Origin: Podarcis tiliguerta
Lineage: Eukaryota
Strand: one strand, 5' to 3'
NCBI GenBank assembly: GCA_965153285.1
Contig: OZ229118.1
DNA: 64,000 nucleotides
The position numbers and the translations under genes are program-made. Positions within the stretch are counted from its first letter, which is position 1, and every line of letters begins with the position of its first letter. The notes beneath the pieces are model-generated. The model did not search any database, was not told the origin of the DNA, and saw only the letters and a program-made list of their open reading frames with translations. Positions 36,408 through 50,297 of the stretch are shown here, one piece after another.

Positions 36408-37158
36408 AGTCCATTTACAGTAGCAAGTGTTTATTTAGAAGGTGATATTTTATTTATTTATTTTATTTTATTATTTGCTTCACACTTCTGGAACTTAATA
36501 TCTGGACAATTTCCCATCACTGTCATTCTCTAACCATTTGTTTATCCTTGATCCATCACATGGAGATTACAGAATTTAGGCCTTAGGTCCCTCTTGTGTA
36601 TTAAAATGTGCGGTCTACAAATGCTGTTTTTTAAATAAAAATATATATTTATATTTGTTATTTATTTGATTTATATATTGCCTTTCATCTAAAGATCCCA
36701 GGGCAGCTTGCAAGAGATAAATTACTTTTTAAAGGATCTTAAATCCAGCACAAAAACTGGAATTCCAATGTTATTCACCAATCAAAATCTTTATCAAAAC
36801 AATTATTTCACTGGCCATTCTCTGTTTCACTAAACCATTTTCTGTTTAACAAAACATATTTGGGTGATGGTCTGCCTCAATAATACGTTCCTTAGTTCTG
36901 TTTAAAAAAAAAAGTGGTATCAAGTGTTGTTGAATTATCATTTTTATTTATTTATGTTTTAGCTTGCAGTTTTTAAGTTCTGGATTTTGTACTATTTTTG
37001 ATGTGTTTGTTTTGATTGTATAGGGATAAATCAGGAAGAAAAGAGGTAGATGCAAGGAAGGGGAGCAAATGACAGATGTGATTAAATGAAGTTCTGCACA
37101 TGACAGAACCCTCACTTCAGCTGAGGGTCAAGAGGACTAAAGGTTTAAAATGTGTGTT

Positions 37159-37296
37159 TAGAATCACAGAGTTGGAAGGGACCCCAAGGGTCATCCAGTC
37201 CAACCCCCTGCAATGCAGGAATCTTTTGCCCAATGTGGGGCTTGAACCCACAACCCAGAGATTAAGAGACTCATGCTCTACTGACCGAGGTATCCC
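37159..37296 (-). mobile_element. SINE with tRNA-Lys(CTT)-like head and CR1-type tail
   Basis: Minus strand GTAGAGCATGAGTCTCTTAATCTCTGGGTTGTGGGTTCAAGCCCCACATTGGGCA, followed by ...GGTCCCTTCCAACTCTGTGATTCTA. Confidence 0.9.
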
Positions 37297-37309
37297 AAAA
37301 GGATAAGAA

Positions 37310-37348
37310 AGGAAGGAAGGAAGGAAGGAAGGAAGGAAGGAAGGAAGG
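37310..37348. repeat. (GGAA)n microsatellite
   Basis: About 10 units, read directly. Confidence 0.95.
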
Positions 37349-38138
37349 TGGATCTATCATCATAAAATGTGTTCTGCAGTCGCATTCTATCCACAAGGAG
37401 CAGCAAGAGAGAATGGTTTGATTCACTGAAGGCTAAACTTTGCTAAACTTTTCCAGTCCAATTTAACTCTTACTCAAAACACGCATTTTTGAAAATGCTA
37501 ACAAATAAATGGATGCCATGATATATACTTCTAGCAGATGCAAAGTTATGCATAACTTTTTATTTTATTTTTTGCATTCTGCACTGCAGACGGGAGTCGA
37601 AAACTGTAATGACTTCTATAGCAAAGTTACACCAACATAAAACTGGGAACAGCACGCGGGTCTTGAATATGTACATCCACAGATAGATTTATAGTTAAGC
37701 ATTTATAAGTACCTTGCCAGTTGACAATTATATACAAACATGCCTTCATATGCATACATTTATAAAGAAGATTTATCTGTTTATATAGCCACCGAACTGG
37801 GGATGCAATCAGAGAACTGTAAATAGTCTTTGCCAAGCCGGAGATGATCAACACACACAGGAACTGTTAACTCCTCTGAATGTGATGATTGTGAACTTTA
37901 AGCCCCCTGGCATCCGAGATGCCTTTTGTCTGAATTACCAGCACAGCTCTGTCTTACCTAGCCATGCTGCAGTCTCAACCACACTTCAGGAGTTTTGTTT
38001 GGGTTAATAACATCTGGAGCATTGCTCTATCAGAACACCTCACATACCATCGGTGACTAATCAAAGCCTACAATCAGACCCATATAAATCTCAGAGAACA
38101 AGGTTCCTACTTCAACAAATTCTTCACCCTTTTGCATA

Positions 38139-38319
38139 CAGTCCACTTACATATCCCTCTGGTTATGTAAACTTTGGAATACGTAAGCGACAAACCTGGA
38201 AGTGAAGTATATTTCCAGGATTTTGCCGCATGCACAGAAGCGGTCTCTCCGGTTGCGAAAATGTCGGGATCCGGCCAGACCTCCAGAACGGATCCTGTCC
38301 ACAACCGGAGGTACCACTG
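38139..38319. mobile_element. pogo/Tigger-type MITE related to family C
   Basis: Right end AACGGATCCTGT...GAGGTACCACTG|TA. Left end TA|CAGTC is degenerate. Confidence 0.75.
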
Positions 38320-39749
38320 TATTTTGTGTTACAATAGATTGAAAAGCTACAAAACTAAGGCAAAGGGTTTAACAAAGGGGCTTGGTGCAAGCAAACCTTG
38401 GAGCATTTGTGCTAGCATAAGAGGTCCAGTTCTCTTATGTTTTCTTATTGCAAGGGAGCCTGTGCAGGAGAGATCCAATTGAACGCTGAAATTTTAATAA
38501 AGGAAAGGAAAGCAACACCCCCTCTTGTTAAACAGCATCAAGTGACACAACCTGGTTCCCTTTGCATAACTTAGAGCACAATATTTAGCTCTGGAAAATT
38601 CAATCACTGGAATGACTGGTGACACTTAGAGGACCTAAAAAATAACCAGGGGACCTTGGGGAAAAGATCAGAAATGTTTGCAAAATGCAAACAGAAACAC
38701 CATCTCTGTTTTCTCTCCCTGGTTTGAGCCAAGGAAAGGGAGAAAACACAGATATGAAGATCTTGGGCTAGGCTGGGAATGCGAGGTAGACCTTGAGAAG
38801 CTGGAAGGGAGCCATGTGACTCCTGCAGCAAAATACTGCTGTGAAAGTGATAGGAAAGTGTGGGTTCCCCCACAACAGGAGTGCTTATCTTGAGTCTGCA
38901 CAATAGCACAGTTGTCAAAACGGTGCAGATGTTGCAGAGAAACACTGTGCATCAAGGCTTTTTCAAAGACTTTCCAATATAGCTTCCAGTTAAAAACCAT
39001 CGCAGTATGGCACTGCAAAAGCATTATGGACAAGAGGCATATGTCTCTCCCCCTCCAACATCCCCTGTACTGTTTTGTCTGAGGGCAAAAAGCACACAAG
39101 CAAGGCCCCTCTGCAGTCATAAGCACAGGACTTGGCTTACACTGGCTGGATACCTGCACAATTGAGAGCGAGAGACTCGTGCGCCTCTTCCACAACACTG
39201 TCTATCTATGTAAGATTTATTACATGTCCTTCACTACAAGGTTCCAGGGCAGGTTATACCAATATAATAAGATACATGCAGGTCCCATTTTCAAAATGCT
39301 TGTTGTGCGAAAATTCACTTATCTTAACACTAGTACCCAAACCTCAATATACACACTGCAGATTCTGAACAACTTGCATTTGCCCACTTCCTTACTTCTT
39401 TATGGTTTGCTGGTTGGTGGTGGCCATTGGGGGGCAGAAACCATGCAGGGAGAGAGATCAGACAAATCAGGTTGTTGTTTTTTTTGCTGGTTGGCTGCAG
39501 CCAGTTCAGGAAGAAAGTATGGAGGAAGTGGAAGGAGATTGGACAAATCACAGGACAAATCACAGATTAGAAACATTCTCATAGGAAATAATTGAAATTG
39601 TCAGCTTCTTATGCGATCACTTGCCTAATGAACGAATTCTAGGGAATGCATCATGTTCAAAAAGCGGAGCAATTATAAAAACAAGTAAAATTGTTCCAAA
39701 CGAAACAGAACAGTACAGAGTGAAACAAAAGAAGTTGGGCCCCACAAAA

Positions 39750-39960
39750 TACCTTAGCTGTTAAGTCATGGTAAAGAGTTGCATCTTCAGCGTGCAGTGG
39801 AAGCTATACAACCAAGATACTAGATACACCTGTGTTGGAAGGAAGTTCCACAACTTAGGGGCCACCACAGAGAAAGCCCTTTTCTGGGCCACCATACCCT
39901 GCACAGCCAAGGATAGTGGAATTACCAAGAGGCTCACTCTGCCCACATGAGAGGGTTGGA
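39750..39960 (-). mobile_element. L2 LINE ORF2 C-terminal fragment
   Basis: ORF 39761-39988 contains KRAFSVVAPKLWNFLP...LKMQLF, the L2-clade terminal motif. Confidence 0.8.
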
Positions 39961-42040
39961 GTGTCACCTCAACTAAGCACATGAACAAGTTAGGTGGTGG
40001 AGTCGCTTATGCAAGTCACCCTTCACACATGACATAATGGGAACAACAGAGGGCTGTTGTTTGGAGGACAAAGACTGTAAATCTATACAGCAGCATGTAC
40101 AAAGTGCTAAATAACAATGCTACAGGTTTATGTGGCACAACAGTAATCAAGTCATTAAAGACAATTGTATATTGGCCTGTCATCCAGAGTAAAAAGCTTT
40201 TGGCATGTAGTTCTTGAATTCTCCCCCCCCCCCTTGTGTCCTCTCATTGGAGAAATGTCACTCTCAGATCTCGGTTACAAGAATGCATCTGTTTCCTTTA
40301 AAAGAAGGAAATGGAAAGAAACAAGAAAAAACAAAAACAGAATAGATCTCAATTCCCCAAATAGCTAGAAAGCCCACAATTGCACCTGCAATTCCATTAA
40401 AAAATTTAACTGTAAAAATCGCACTGTTTCCCCCCCTTAAAAACCCCGGCTATAGTATTTAAAAACAACTACAGCAAAGCAGCTCTCATGTGCCAATCCC
40501 TTGCATTCAAAATGTCTTCTCTAAGTGATTATGTGCAGCAAAGCCATCCATATTTCTGCTAGAACAAAAAAAAAATCTGCATGACCTGCCAGTTAGGCCA
40601 ATTGGTGACAAGGTGTCTGGTTTTTAAATCCAAAGCTATTTTGACACTGTCAGAGCTTCCAAGACAACAGAGAAAGTCCCACAGTTCAGTGAGTTAACCT
40701 GATCAAAGGCACACACCCCACCAAGCACTGCTAAAGTCAGCGCAACCTCTTTTCATTTCAGTAGGGCCCATGTCAGTACTCTGCACAGCCCAAATTGGAA
40801 GGTATGGGTGTTGCACAACTATGATACTTCATGGAGTGTACCCTCCAGGCGCTATTTCAAGCACAAGCCAAATTAGATGTTTTAGTTAGCACAGAAGTCA
40901 TGATTGTGCAGAAAGATTACCCTGCTTTGGCATGCCCTGCTTGGCCGGCAAAGTATTTTTCACCAAGAGCAAGCTAACACGTGGGCAACTTAATGCTAAC
41001 CAGGGCTTCAGCTATTGCAATACAAGCCTCTGCTCTGAAACATACTAGAGAAGCATGCTATGGAAGGCAAAGGAGACAACTCTGCATACGTACATGCCTG
41101 TGTGTGCGTTCGCCCACCCACTTGCCTTCTTGAGACCCTTAAACTCACTTCTACAGCTTGCTCCCACTTAATCCCATCTTCACCCGACAAAGCCTCTAAT
41201 ACAGTGCTCTTATGCCACCATAGGACCATTTCTCCAATGAAGCAGCACCAACGGCAGCTTCCTTTAAATAGGTAGGGAAGAGATGAAATGAGGCAGCTAC
41301 CATCCAGCACTGTAATAATAGAACTAAGTGCATTCTTTTCCCCAGGAAGTCTGCACTCAAGCCTACACTCTGTTACCAATGCAGGGCCAAAATGAAGACC
41401 TAGCTCTTAGGGACAGTGCTGACAGCACTTGCTACCTAAAATATCTAGGCTAGTCCAAGGGGAAATTACACATTTAAAGTGGTACAACATCTTTAGTTCG
41501 CATTTTTATATGCTAACTTTTCAGTGCATGGCAGACTCTACCCTGGGATTAGAGTAACCTAACCAAGTTGGCAGATCCCACTCTAAGCCCTGTTCATGTA
41601 ACAATAAATATGTCAGAACCAGTTAAGAACTTGAGCTAAGGCAATGTAAGCCATTTTCCATATTTCCTAATGTCTGGGTCTTTCTTGGTTCATTTTCAGC
41701 ATCTTCTCAAGAGGGAGGGATATATAGAATAATGGGAAGCGAGACACAGGACAAGACGACGGAAATACCACCTAAAGATTTCCAGGGAGATGTATACCAA
41801 AGCTTAGGAGCTGCTCCAAAATCTTATCCTGAGACAGATGGCTTGGAGTGTCATAGAAAGGGTTTCATTCTTCTATGGTCATGTAAATAGCATGCTATTA
41901 AGCAAGGCAGTGACTACCAGCAAAACGTAGCAGGACATCTCTACAAAGCATGAGAGAGAATCAACAGTTGTGGAGAAGCAAATGAGAAGCTTTGTTACAA
42001 TTAAGGTCCTTGCTGCTCACAGCCATGATGGTTTAGATGC

Positions 42041-42245
42041 CAGCGCCAGCCCTGCCATTAGGCAGAGTGAGGCAGCTGCCTCAGACAGGAAATTCTGGCA
42101 GTAGGGAGTAGGTGTGAGGTGTTCAGAGGACAGAGCCGTGTGTGCCACATGGCCTGCCCTAAGCCATTTAAATGAGCCTTCTGCCATTCAGTGTGATGGA
42201 GGACGCTGCCCTATTGCCAGCATTGAGGTAAAATTCAGTTGCTAT
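42041..42245. mobile_element. Partial hAT-like element
   Basis: CAGCGCCAGCCCTGCCATTAGGCAGAGTGAGGCAGCTGCCTCAG resembles a CAGGGCCGGCCCT terminus. The other end was not found. Confidence 0.45.
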
Positions 42246-42623
42246 TTTGCTTCTCTCCTTTATAAAGCAATTGGGAGGGGGAGTCAACTTGTATTTAATA
42301 AAACGTCTGATAAAAACCAACCCATTTTCAATAATGCAGTTCCAACTGTGGAAGTGACACCAAAAGTCAGAATGTGGGTGGGCAGGGACAGGCAGGGAAC
42401 CAGTGCAAAATGGAGTAACTTGTTAATAAGCACAATAGAGTCATATTTCCACCTTCAAAAGTGTTGTGTTGATGGAACCTTGCCCATCATCTGACGATTA
42501 GGATATATTGGTATGCAACCTTATGTCAGACTACTGGTCCAGCTAAGCCCAAGTACTATGTACACCAGGGATTCCCAGTCTGCTGCCATTCAGTTATTGC
42601 TAGACTGTAATTCCCATTACAGT

Positions 42624-42984
42624 GGGACACGGGTGGCACTGTGGGTAAAACCTCAGCGCCTAGGACTTGCAGATCGCATGGTCGGCGGTTCGAATCCCCG
42701 TGGCGGGATGCCCTCCCGTTGCTCGGTCCCAGCGCCTGCCAACCTAGCAGTTCAAAAGCACCCTCGGGTGCAAGTAGATAAATAGGGACCGCTTACCAGC
42801 GGGAAGGTAAACGGCATTCCGTGTGCTGCGCTGGCTCGCCAGATGCAGCTTGTCACGCTGGCCACGTGACCCGGAAGTGTCTGCGGACAGCGCTGGCTCC
42901 CGGCCTATAGAGTGAGATGAGCGCACAACCCTAGAGTCTGGCAAGACTGGCCTGTACGGGCAGGGGTACCTTTACCATTACCTT
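42624..42984 (+). mobile_element. Sauria SINE, full length, subfamily 1
   Basis: Same diagnostics as the copy at 36042. 13-bp TSD TAATTCCCATTAC at 42608-42620 and 42985-42997. The target resembles a palindromic-MITE remnant. Confidence 0.96.
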
Positions 42985-43835
42985 TAATTCCCATTACCTG
43001 ATCACAGGCCAGTAGTAGGCACCACATAGGCTGCCCTTAGACTACAACTTTGCTGACAGGAGTGGTAATCCAAAAGGGCACCAAGTTGGAGAAGGACTAC
43101 TTTGGTATATCAGCATCTCTCCAGGGTTCCAGGAAAGGGGCCCTTCTATGCCCATGATCCAGAATCCTTTACTTGCAGGTGCCAGAAAAAGAACCTGGCA
43201 TTTATTTGCATGCAATCTTTGACAAACCTTCTCTATTGTTCAAAGCTGTGAATATTATGCATCCATAATTTACAATGACGTTTAACAGCACACACAGATC
43301 ATTACATTTTTGTTGCGAAATAAGGACTTTTCAATATGATTTTTTATTTGTCTCAGTCTTTCCTTGCATGCAATGCAGGAAGCAATATATGCATATTTTC
43401 AAAATGTTATTTAACTGTAAACAGAAAGCAAAGCACTTAAGCTTCACATTTAAAAAGAAAAGCCTGATGTTTAAAAGTGGACTGTCATCAGGGCACTTAA
43501 CACTGACCTTCCTGTGTCCACACCTACTGCACTCACTGTTTTCAAGAGATCACTTATCCAAGCTACTGTTCACTGCAGCAATCTGGACTTTTGGGAGAAT
43601 ATTCAAACATCAACCTAATGCAATCCTCCTGAGGGGTGTGTGTGTGAAATAAAACTTTGTATCTACAAATAAACTACTCATTTTCACTTTTTTTAATCTA
43701 AAGAGTATTTATTTTATTCTTCATTGCCTCCAAGAAATAACACTGGGGGGAAACTTAGAGAGGGGTACATACAGCGACTGTGGTAAAGCAGAAGTGAATA
43801 TTGTGAATGAGGGACAAAAGTAGAACTGTCTAAGT

Positions 43836-43973
43836 CGGCAGTTCGCAACCTGTGGGTCCCCAGATGTTGTTGGACTACAACTCCCATCATCCCTGAGCTC
43901 TGGCCTTGCTAGCTAGGGGTGATGGGAGTTGTAGTCCAACAACATCTGGGGACCCACAGGTTGAGAAAGGCTG
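43836..43973. mobile_element. Young palindromic hAT-type MITE
   Basis: Perfect 44-bp inverted arms at 43846-43889 and 43920-43963. TSD GTCTAAGT/GTCTAAGC. Confidence 0.92.
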
Positions 43974-46066
43974 GTCTAAGCAAAGACAATTAAACTAAAA
44001 TACCAGCAGAAGGCATATCCTTACTTCTTTGAGTTTTAAACTGAGAAAGCCCCTTGTAATTCTTGTCTCAAAAACAGACTAACAAGAATGAACAGGAAGA
44101 CTACAATACAACAACTTTCACTACAGAACACTGTACACACCTGTTGCCAAAACCCTTCCCTCAAAACCCCCTTAAACTATGGTGTCTTATTTGCTTGCTT
44201 GCTTGCTGAGCTTGCCTATGGAGAGGGACATAAGATATTTTCCTTTATCCAGTCTTTATTGTATGTCTGGTATGTCTGAGTATCAGCACAATAAACAAGG
44301 CAGCTGAGGTGAGCCAAGTCATCAATGAAATCAAATTACTGGCTAATAACATATGTAATAATTGAAGGCTTGTTAGGATTCATTCTCTTCAGATGCTCTT
44401 CATACATTTTACAGGCACCTTCCATGCATTCATTCACAGACTCATAATCAGCCTAAGTCCTGCCTTCTGGTCATTTGGTAGATGAACAAGCAAAATTGTG
44501 TGAGACACAGCGAGTCATTCCGTTTGGCTCAGGAATGAAGCACAAAACTCAACGACTTTTCTACCACAATGCACCGCGACCATCGGAAAGCACTACTATA
44601 AACGACTCATTTTAAAGCAATGCTAGTTGAAACTGAAGTATGTTGATTCTCTGACCTCACTGAACAAGTTTGTTATGAGGTTTAAAGCACCACAGAAGAA
44701 CCTGTAATCACACAGCATTCTTGTCCTCACTCAGGGTTTCTCCTGCTACAAGCACCTAGGGTAGGAACAACCTGAAGTCAAACAAGAGGATGATGGGCAA
44801 AACCAAACACCTGATGAAGTACTTTCATCAGGCCCTCTGACTGGACCACTTGAGCATCCTTATGTATATCAACTTGACAATCACTTCCTAATTCTTCTGA
44901 TTAAGAGGGCTTTTAAAAAAAAATCATCACTCATATAGCATTTTTAATGTGCTACGGGCTTTAGCATCCTTGTTTCATTCATCCCACAACCACAGTGGGA
45001 GAAGAATGATGCTCATTAAGCAAGGGAACCAGCTATAGAGGGCAGAATGTGCTTCAGCCCTCTCAATATTTTGAGGCAGGGTGTTGAGACCCCACCCAGT
45101 ATTGAGGGAACTCCCATCCCCTGCTGCCCCTGGGCAAACACCAGCACGCTAGGCAGAAGGCTTGGAGAGCAATTTTCACCCTCCGCACCCCATGCCACGA
45201 TCGCCTGAGTGTCTCGGAAGGTGTCCGTGCATCCTGGCAGGCGTGGCCCGATAGGGAGTGGAATGCTGCATGTGTGATGCCATGCACGCACAATAGCCCC
45301 CCAGTGTTGGGCCCAACTCTGTGTGCCTGCCAGTAAGTCAATGTCAGAGGTGCAATTTGGATTCAGCTTTCCCAGGTGTGTGTCCATCTGTCCACTTGTG
45401 GTTTCAAGGCAGCAGCAACAGCAACAATCTGTAGGGCAATGTATCTTCCCCACAATGCCTTCCACCCTATAAATCCAGTTGCTCTTCAGGACTAAACATA
45501 GATGATGGCGACATCAGCAAAACAAGATGGCACCTTAACCTGTTGCTCTTTAACATTTGGAAATAAGGCACATTGTTGATGTCTAAACACAACACAGCAC
45601 TCGAATTTCTACTGCCCCAGATAATTTGCAATGCTTAAGACACTTTCCAGCTTCCTCACTTATTTCAGTGGAGAAGTTGCACAGCTCTAGGAACGCAAAG
45701 CTGCAACACAGAAGCTCCACAGAAGTGGAGCTCTGTTTCACTGCAAATGTGTTTATAACTGTAGTTTAACTCAAATATATGCCAGTAAGACTCTAGATGT
45801 GCAATGTATCTATGAATTACCTATTTCATTCCCTGCAGTTAATGCAATTGTTTTTTGTTGTCCTACCTTTGCCACGTAATTGGTAAGGAATAATAGTATT
45901 ACAGGTCACCCCAATGTCTGCCAAGTGGGAACAAGATTCCAGGGTCTTTGCACTCCACCAGGGTTTGTGTTCCTTTGGAATGAGGCATGGCAGAGACTGC
46001 AGTGTTTTTAATATGGTTTGTTTACACATATTTACACCTGAGTTTAGGTGGAGGGAGTGTAGACCA

Positions 46067-46248
46067 CAGGGCCATAGTATGGGGGGCTGTAACCCTGAGC
46101 GTGAACCAGTGTAGGCAGACAGGGGGCTCAGCCTAGTCCCACATGGCTCTGGTGGGGTCGTTCTAGTGTCATTGGCTAGGCTGGCACACCCCCCCACCCG
46201 CCTAGCGCATGCCTGCCCCAGGCACCAGCACCCAATGCTATGCAACTG
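46067..46248. mobile_element. Old hAT MITE
   Basis: TSD GTAGACCA/GTAGAACA (7/8), ends CAGGGCCATAGTAT / ATGCTATGCAACTG. Confidence 0.6.
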
Positions 46249-48920
46249 GTAGAACATTATATCCCAATAGTGTCTTTTGTGGCTCTCCTCATAGCTTCAG
46301 CCTGCTTGAGTCCAGTCTCTCAGTGCTGCCTCTCCCAACCAGCCCCACATGATGTCCTGCCCCTCCCTTCTTCTCAAAAACCCTTGCTCCAAAAGCAACT
46401 CAATCCTGGTGTAAAAGGGCATCATTTTTCCTGTGGTGACATCATGCCCCTCTGTAACCCTGGCAACTTTCCCCTCCCAACTCTGCTATTGTCTTTTGCT
46501 AACTAACACACAGCTAGGGGAGGAACTCCACCCTGCTCCTTGTCTGACATTGAATGTGCCACCTTTTCTCAGGGTAATGACTGCCATCACCCGTCTTTGT
46601 TCTTTCATGGCACCTGTCAGCTGATCTCCTGAACAGGAGAACAGGCTCAGCCTGTATTCTTACACTGCACATGCCATGTTCCCTTAATACTCCAAATATT
46701 AATTTCAGCCTATCATTTGCTAAATCAAGAATTTTGGGGCATCTGGGCCCTCTCTTACACATTCATAACAATAATTTCATCTTCCTGGGGGCTCATATCA
46801 AAGTAACTCCAGTAGCAGACACTTGGGTCAATATAAAAAGTCTTTATTTTCATACACAACCTTTTCAGGATTCCTTGACTCTATCCACCTGATAGTGACA
46901 GAGTACACATGACTCTGTATTTTATTTATTTAGGCAGAAATTGCATTTTCATTTCCCTTCCTTTCAATCTTTTAATTAAATCTTTCAGGAAACAAAAACA
47001 AAAAGTTGTGGATGTCTGCATTTCCACCCTCGAACGAGCATCTTAGGTTCCAGGACACAGAGTGCATTGCACATTCTGATCAGGCCATTTCCATTGTACT
47101 TAGGAGTGGGGAGTTTAAAATTCATGAATGTTGCAAGGGCACGGACAGTGCGTCCACATTGTACAGCCTTTAACATGTGCGGAACTCTGTGATCATAGCA
47201 GCATGTGAGGTGGCAGTTTAATGATCTGCAGCTATAGCATTTATTCAAAGCTTTATGGGGGAGGCATAATTATGTAATAAAAATCCTGTTTCCCTAGTAT
47301 TCTCCCCCTTCCAAATGAATAATATATTCTGCTGCAGTGGGACTTTTTAGGATTGCCACTGGCTAACCCCCTTTGCATTATGCTTGCTGTCAACTTGCTT
47401 CAGCAGGAGAAAGCCACAGATCACACCTCCTGTGCAAGCAGCTGTTTAACCTGTGTGTGTGTGTTCACCTTTAACATTGAGTTTATTTTTGATATACAAG
47501 TTTTCTGATATACCAGATTTGCACAAAAGACGCCCACACAGGCCCACACACGTGTGTGATTCCAGTCCAAGAAACCTGAGGTCAGTAACATTTAAGCATG
47601 GTGACTGTTTTGAAGATATTGCAGCAGGTAAATAAAGGAGCAAGCCCCCTACCATCAAAATAAATAAATACTTATTATAATACACATCATGCACAACCTC
47701 AATTAAAGTACACATGTACTTAGCTTTAACGCCATAGATCCAGCTAGTACAAGACTGAAGGAGGGAGTTAAATGGTCTGCCCAGGGCTGTTCAGTGTTTA
47801 GCACAGCAATTATGTTAACTTGGGAAAATTTTGTGAAATCAGGATCTTTATGGGAAGGATGTGCAGGGGAAAATAAAATGCCGAGAGAAGGTAATGCAAC
47901 AGACAGCGGACAAAAATGGGGGAAACATTTCATGCTAAGAAATAGAAAATTAGAAAGCTGATGCTTGTGAATGGCCCCCCACCCCCACCCTGCGCCACTC
48001 CGGCCGCATGCTTTAAGGTTGCATGGAGCCAAAGGAATGTATCTCTAGGAAGACAAGGAGGAAAACTGGATAGAACAAGTTTTGGGCAGTGTTGCAGCTT
48101 GTGGAGGGTGGGGAGCAGCAGTTTCAGTTACAAATTCAAGCAGCAGCAGCAGCAGCAAACCCATTGCTTTTACTCTGTGTGGCAAAAAGGCTCAGTGTGG
48201 AGGAGTTAAGTAGAGGCTGAGGGCTACTGAGGAAACCACAACAGCAAGCAATATTTTTAGTTTCTCAGCAGATGCATTGAAGGATTGTACATTCATGTTT
48301 ACACGGAACAGGATAACTTGCCAAACTTTTGGCATGGCCAAAAGAGGCTGACATGGAAGGCAGATCAAGCTAAAACCTGAAGCGCACATTAATTGCAGTA
48401 ACTGCTGAAACTGCAGCTGGTGGAATTTCTACATTCCTTGTAGGCTCTTAAGCAACTGTATGACTATAAGCCTCCTGGAATTAACTCACATGGTGCATTA
48501 AAATAAATCCCCAATGGATTTTTGGAAAGGATGGAAAACACTACCTCCTATGATCTCATCTGTCTACAAACCCAACACTCCATCTCGAGCACAACAGCAC
48601 TGAGATTGAGGCGACAGCATCTGTAGAATGACAGCGACCCATTTCCAATGTCATGTTCTAATCCATTTGGAACATCTTGCAGGCTCAACGGATCTCATCC
48701 TGTGTTTCTAGTTCCATGAAACCAAGTTTGCTGTGATGTCAGAACTGGGCTAACTATAGTTAGCACTAACCTCTAAATCATAATTTAAAGCAGGGCTACA
48801 AAGCATGCTTTGAATCAGGAATAGTGCCTGATTCCTGATGGTACAGCATGTAGAACTGGACGGGGGGGGGGGCTGTATATAAGAGGGAAGGTATTAGCCA
48901 ACTGTTTGCTTCCAACAGAG

Positions 48921-49507
48921 CATGGGTATGCAAACGTGGGTGGCGCTGTGGGTTAAACCACAGAGCCTAGGACTGGCGATCAGAAGGTCGGTGGTTCGAA
49001 TCCCCACGACGGGGTGAGCTCCCGTTGCTCAGTCCCTGCTCCTGCCAACCTAGCAGTTCGAAAGCATGTCAAAGTGCAAGTAGATCAATAGGTGCCGCTC
49101 CGGCGGGAAGGTAAACAGCGTTTCCATACACTGCTCTGGTTCACGAGAAGTGGCTTAGTCATGCTGGCCACATGACCCGGAAGCTGTACCCCGGCTCCCT
49201 CGGCCAATAAAGCGAGATGAGCGCCGCAACCCCAGAGTCGGCCATGACTGGACCAAATGATCAGGGGTCCCTTTACCTTATGCAAACTAAGGCCCGTGAA
49301 TCGCCTTCTAAATCTGGCCCCTGGACAGTCCGGGAATCATCATGTTTTACATGAGTAGAATGTGTCCTTTTATTTAAAATGTATCTCTGGGTTATTTGTG
49401 GGGCATAGGAATTCGTTCATCCCCCCCCCCCAAATATAGTCCAGCCCCCCCACAAGGTCTGAGGGACAGTGGACCAGCCCCCTGCTGAAAAGGTTTGCTG
49501 ACCCCTG
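48921..49507. mobile_element. hAT MITE containing a Sauria SINE
   Basis: Perfect TSD CAACAGAG at 48913-48920 and 49508-49515. Body is the reverse complement of 55593-55839. Confidence 0.9.
48936..49278 (+). mobile_element. Sauria SINE, subfamily 2
   Basis: Head GTGGGTGGCGCTGTGGGTTAAACCACAGAG, tail CAGGGGTCCCTTTACC. TSD TATGCAAAC at 48927-48935 and 49279-49287. Confidence 0.95.
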
Positions 49508-50183
49508 CAACAGAGCCTCTGAACTGAGTCTACAGCCAGGGCAGGGCTGATAATCTCCTCTATGTCCAGAAGAGGTAGGGCCTGAACATAAACTTGACAG
49601 AAACAGAGAAAACAAAAGCGAAAGCAAAGTTTTGCAAAGGGGAATATTTATGTAAAGCAACATAGTTTGTTCTCATGGCTTCTGTGAATCAAGTTACCCC
49701 ATCATACTGTTAGTTAAGACAGTAATTTAACATCTAGAGTCATTTTCATTATAGTTCTCTGAGCTGCTAAGAACTGGACTGGACAATTTATCCAAACATA
49801 TAATTTGGATACCAGTATACACCAAGCAAAAGAGGGAGAGAGATAGAGAGAAGCAGTTGCCTTCTTTCCCTTCAACTATTTGACACTGTGTGTCAAAGCT
49901 ATGGTTGCATCACTTCAGCTGTCCTGTGTATATTCCTTACTAATGGGTTTAACAGCTAAGAAACTAGTCCTTCTGCAAATATAAATGCAAGGCTATGCCT
50001 TAAAGCCTATCACTTTTATGTCGATCAGTATCTAACTTTTTATAAGTGACTTGGCAACTGTCTATTATGAGCAGTCGCTAAACATGCTTTTCAGCATGTA
50101 AGGTGCTTTCTGACATATACTAAAGCATCCTCATCACTCATCTACTTGACTCAAGGTGGGTGTTTCTGGGTGTGTAAACATGC

Positions 50184-50297
50184 CAGCCTTCCCAAACCTG
50201 GTGCTCTCCAGGAAGTTTTGGACTACAACATCCATCAATCTCAGCCAACACAACTCTAGTCCAAAACATCTGTACGATGCCAGGTTGAGAAAAGCTG
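50184..50297. mobile_element. Palindromic hAT-type MITE, internally deleted
   Basis: CAGCCTTCCCAAACCTGG / CCAGGTTGAGAAAAGCTG ends, GTTTTGGACTA / TAGTCCAAAAC arms. Confidence 0.75.

Noticed and set aside
37226-37296. tRNA-Lys(CTT) gene
   Set aside because: Multiple stem mismatches and fused to a CR1-type tail; SINE head.
38604-39595. Cluster of 113-176 aa ORFs on both strands
   Set aside because: No recognisable domain, mostly non-ATG starts, overlapping frames, random-like composition.
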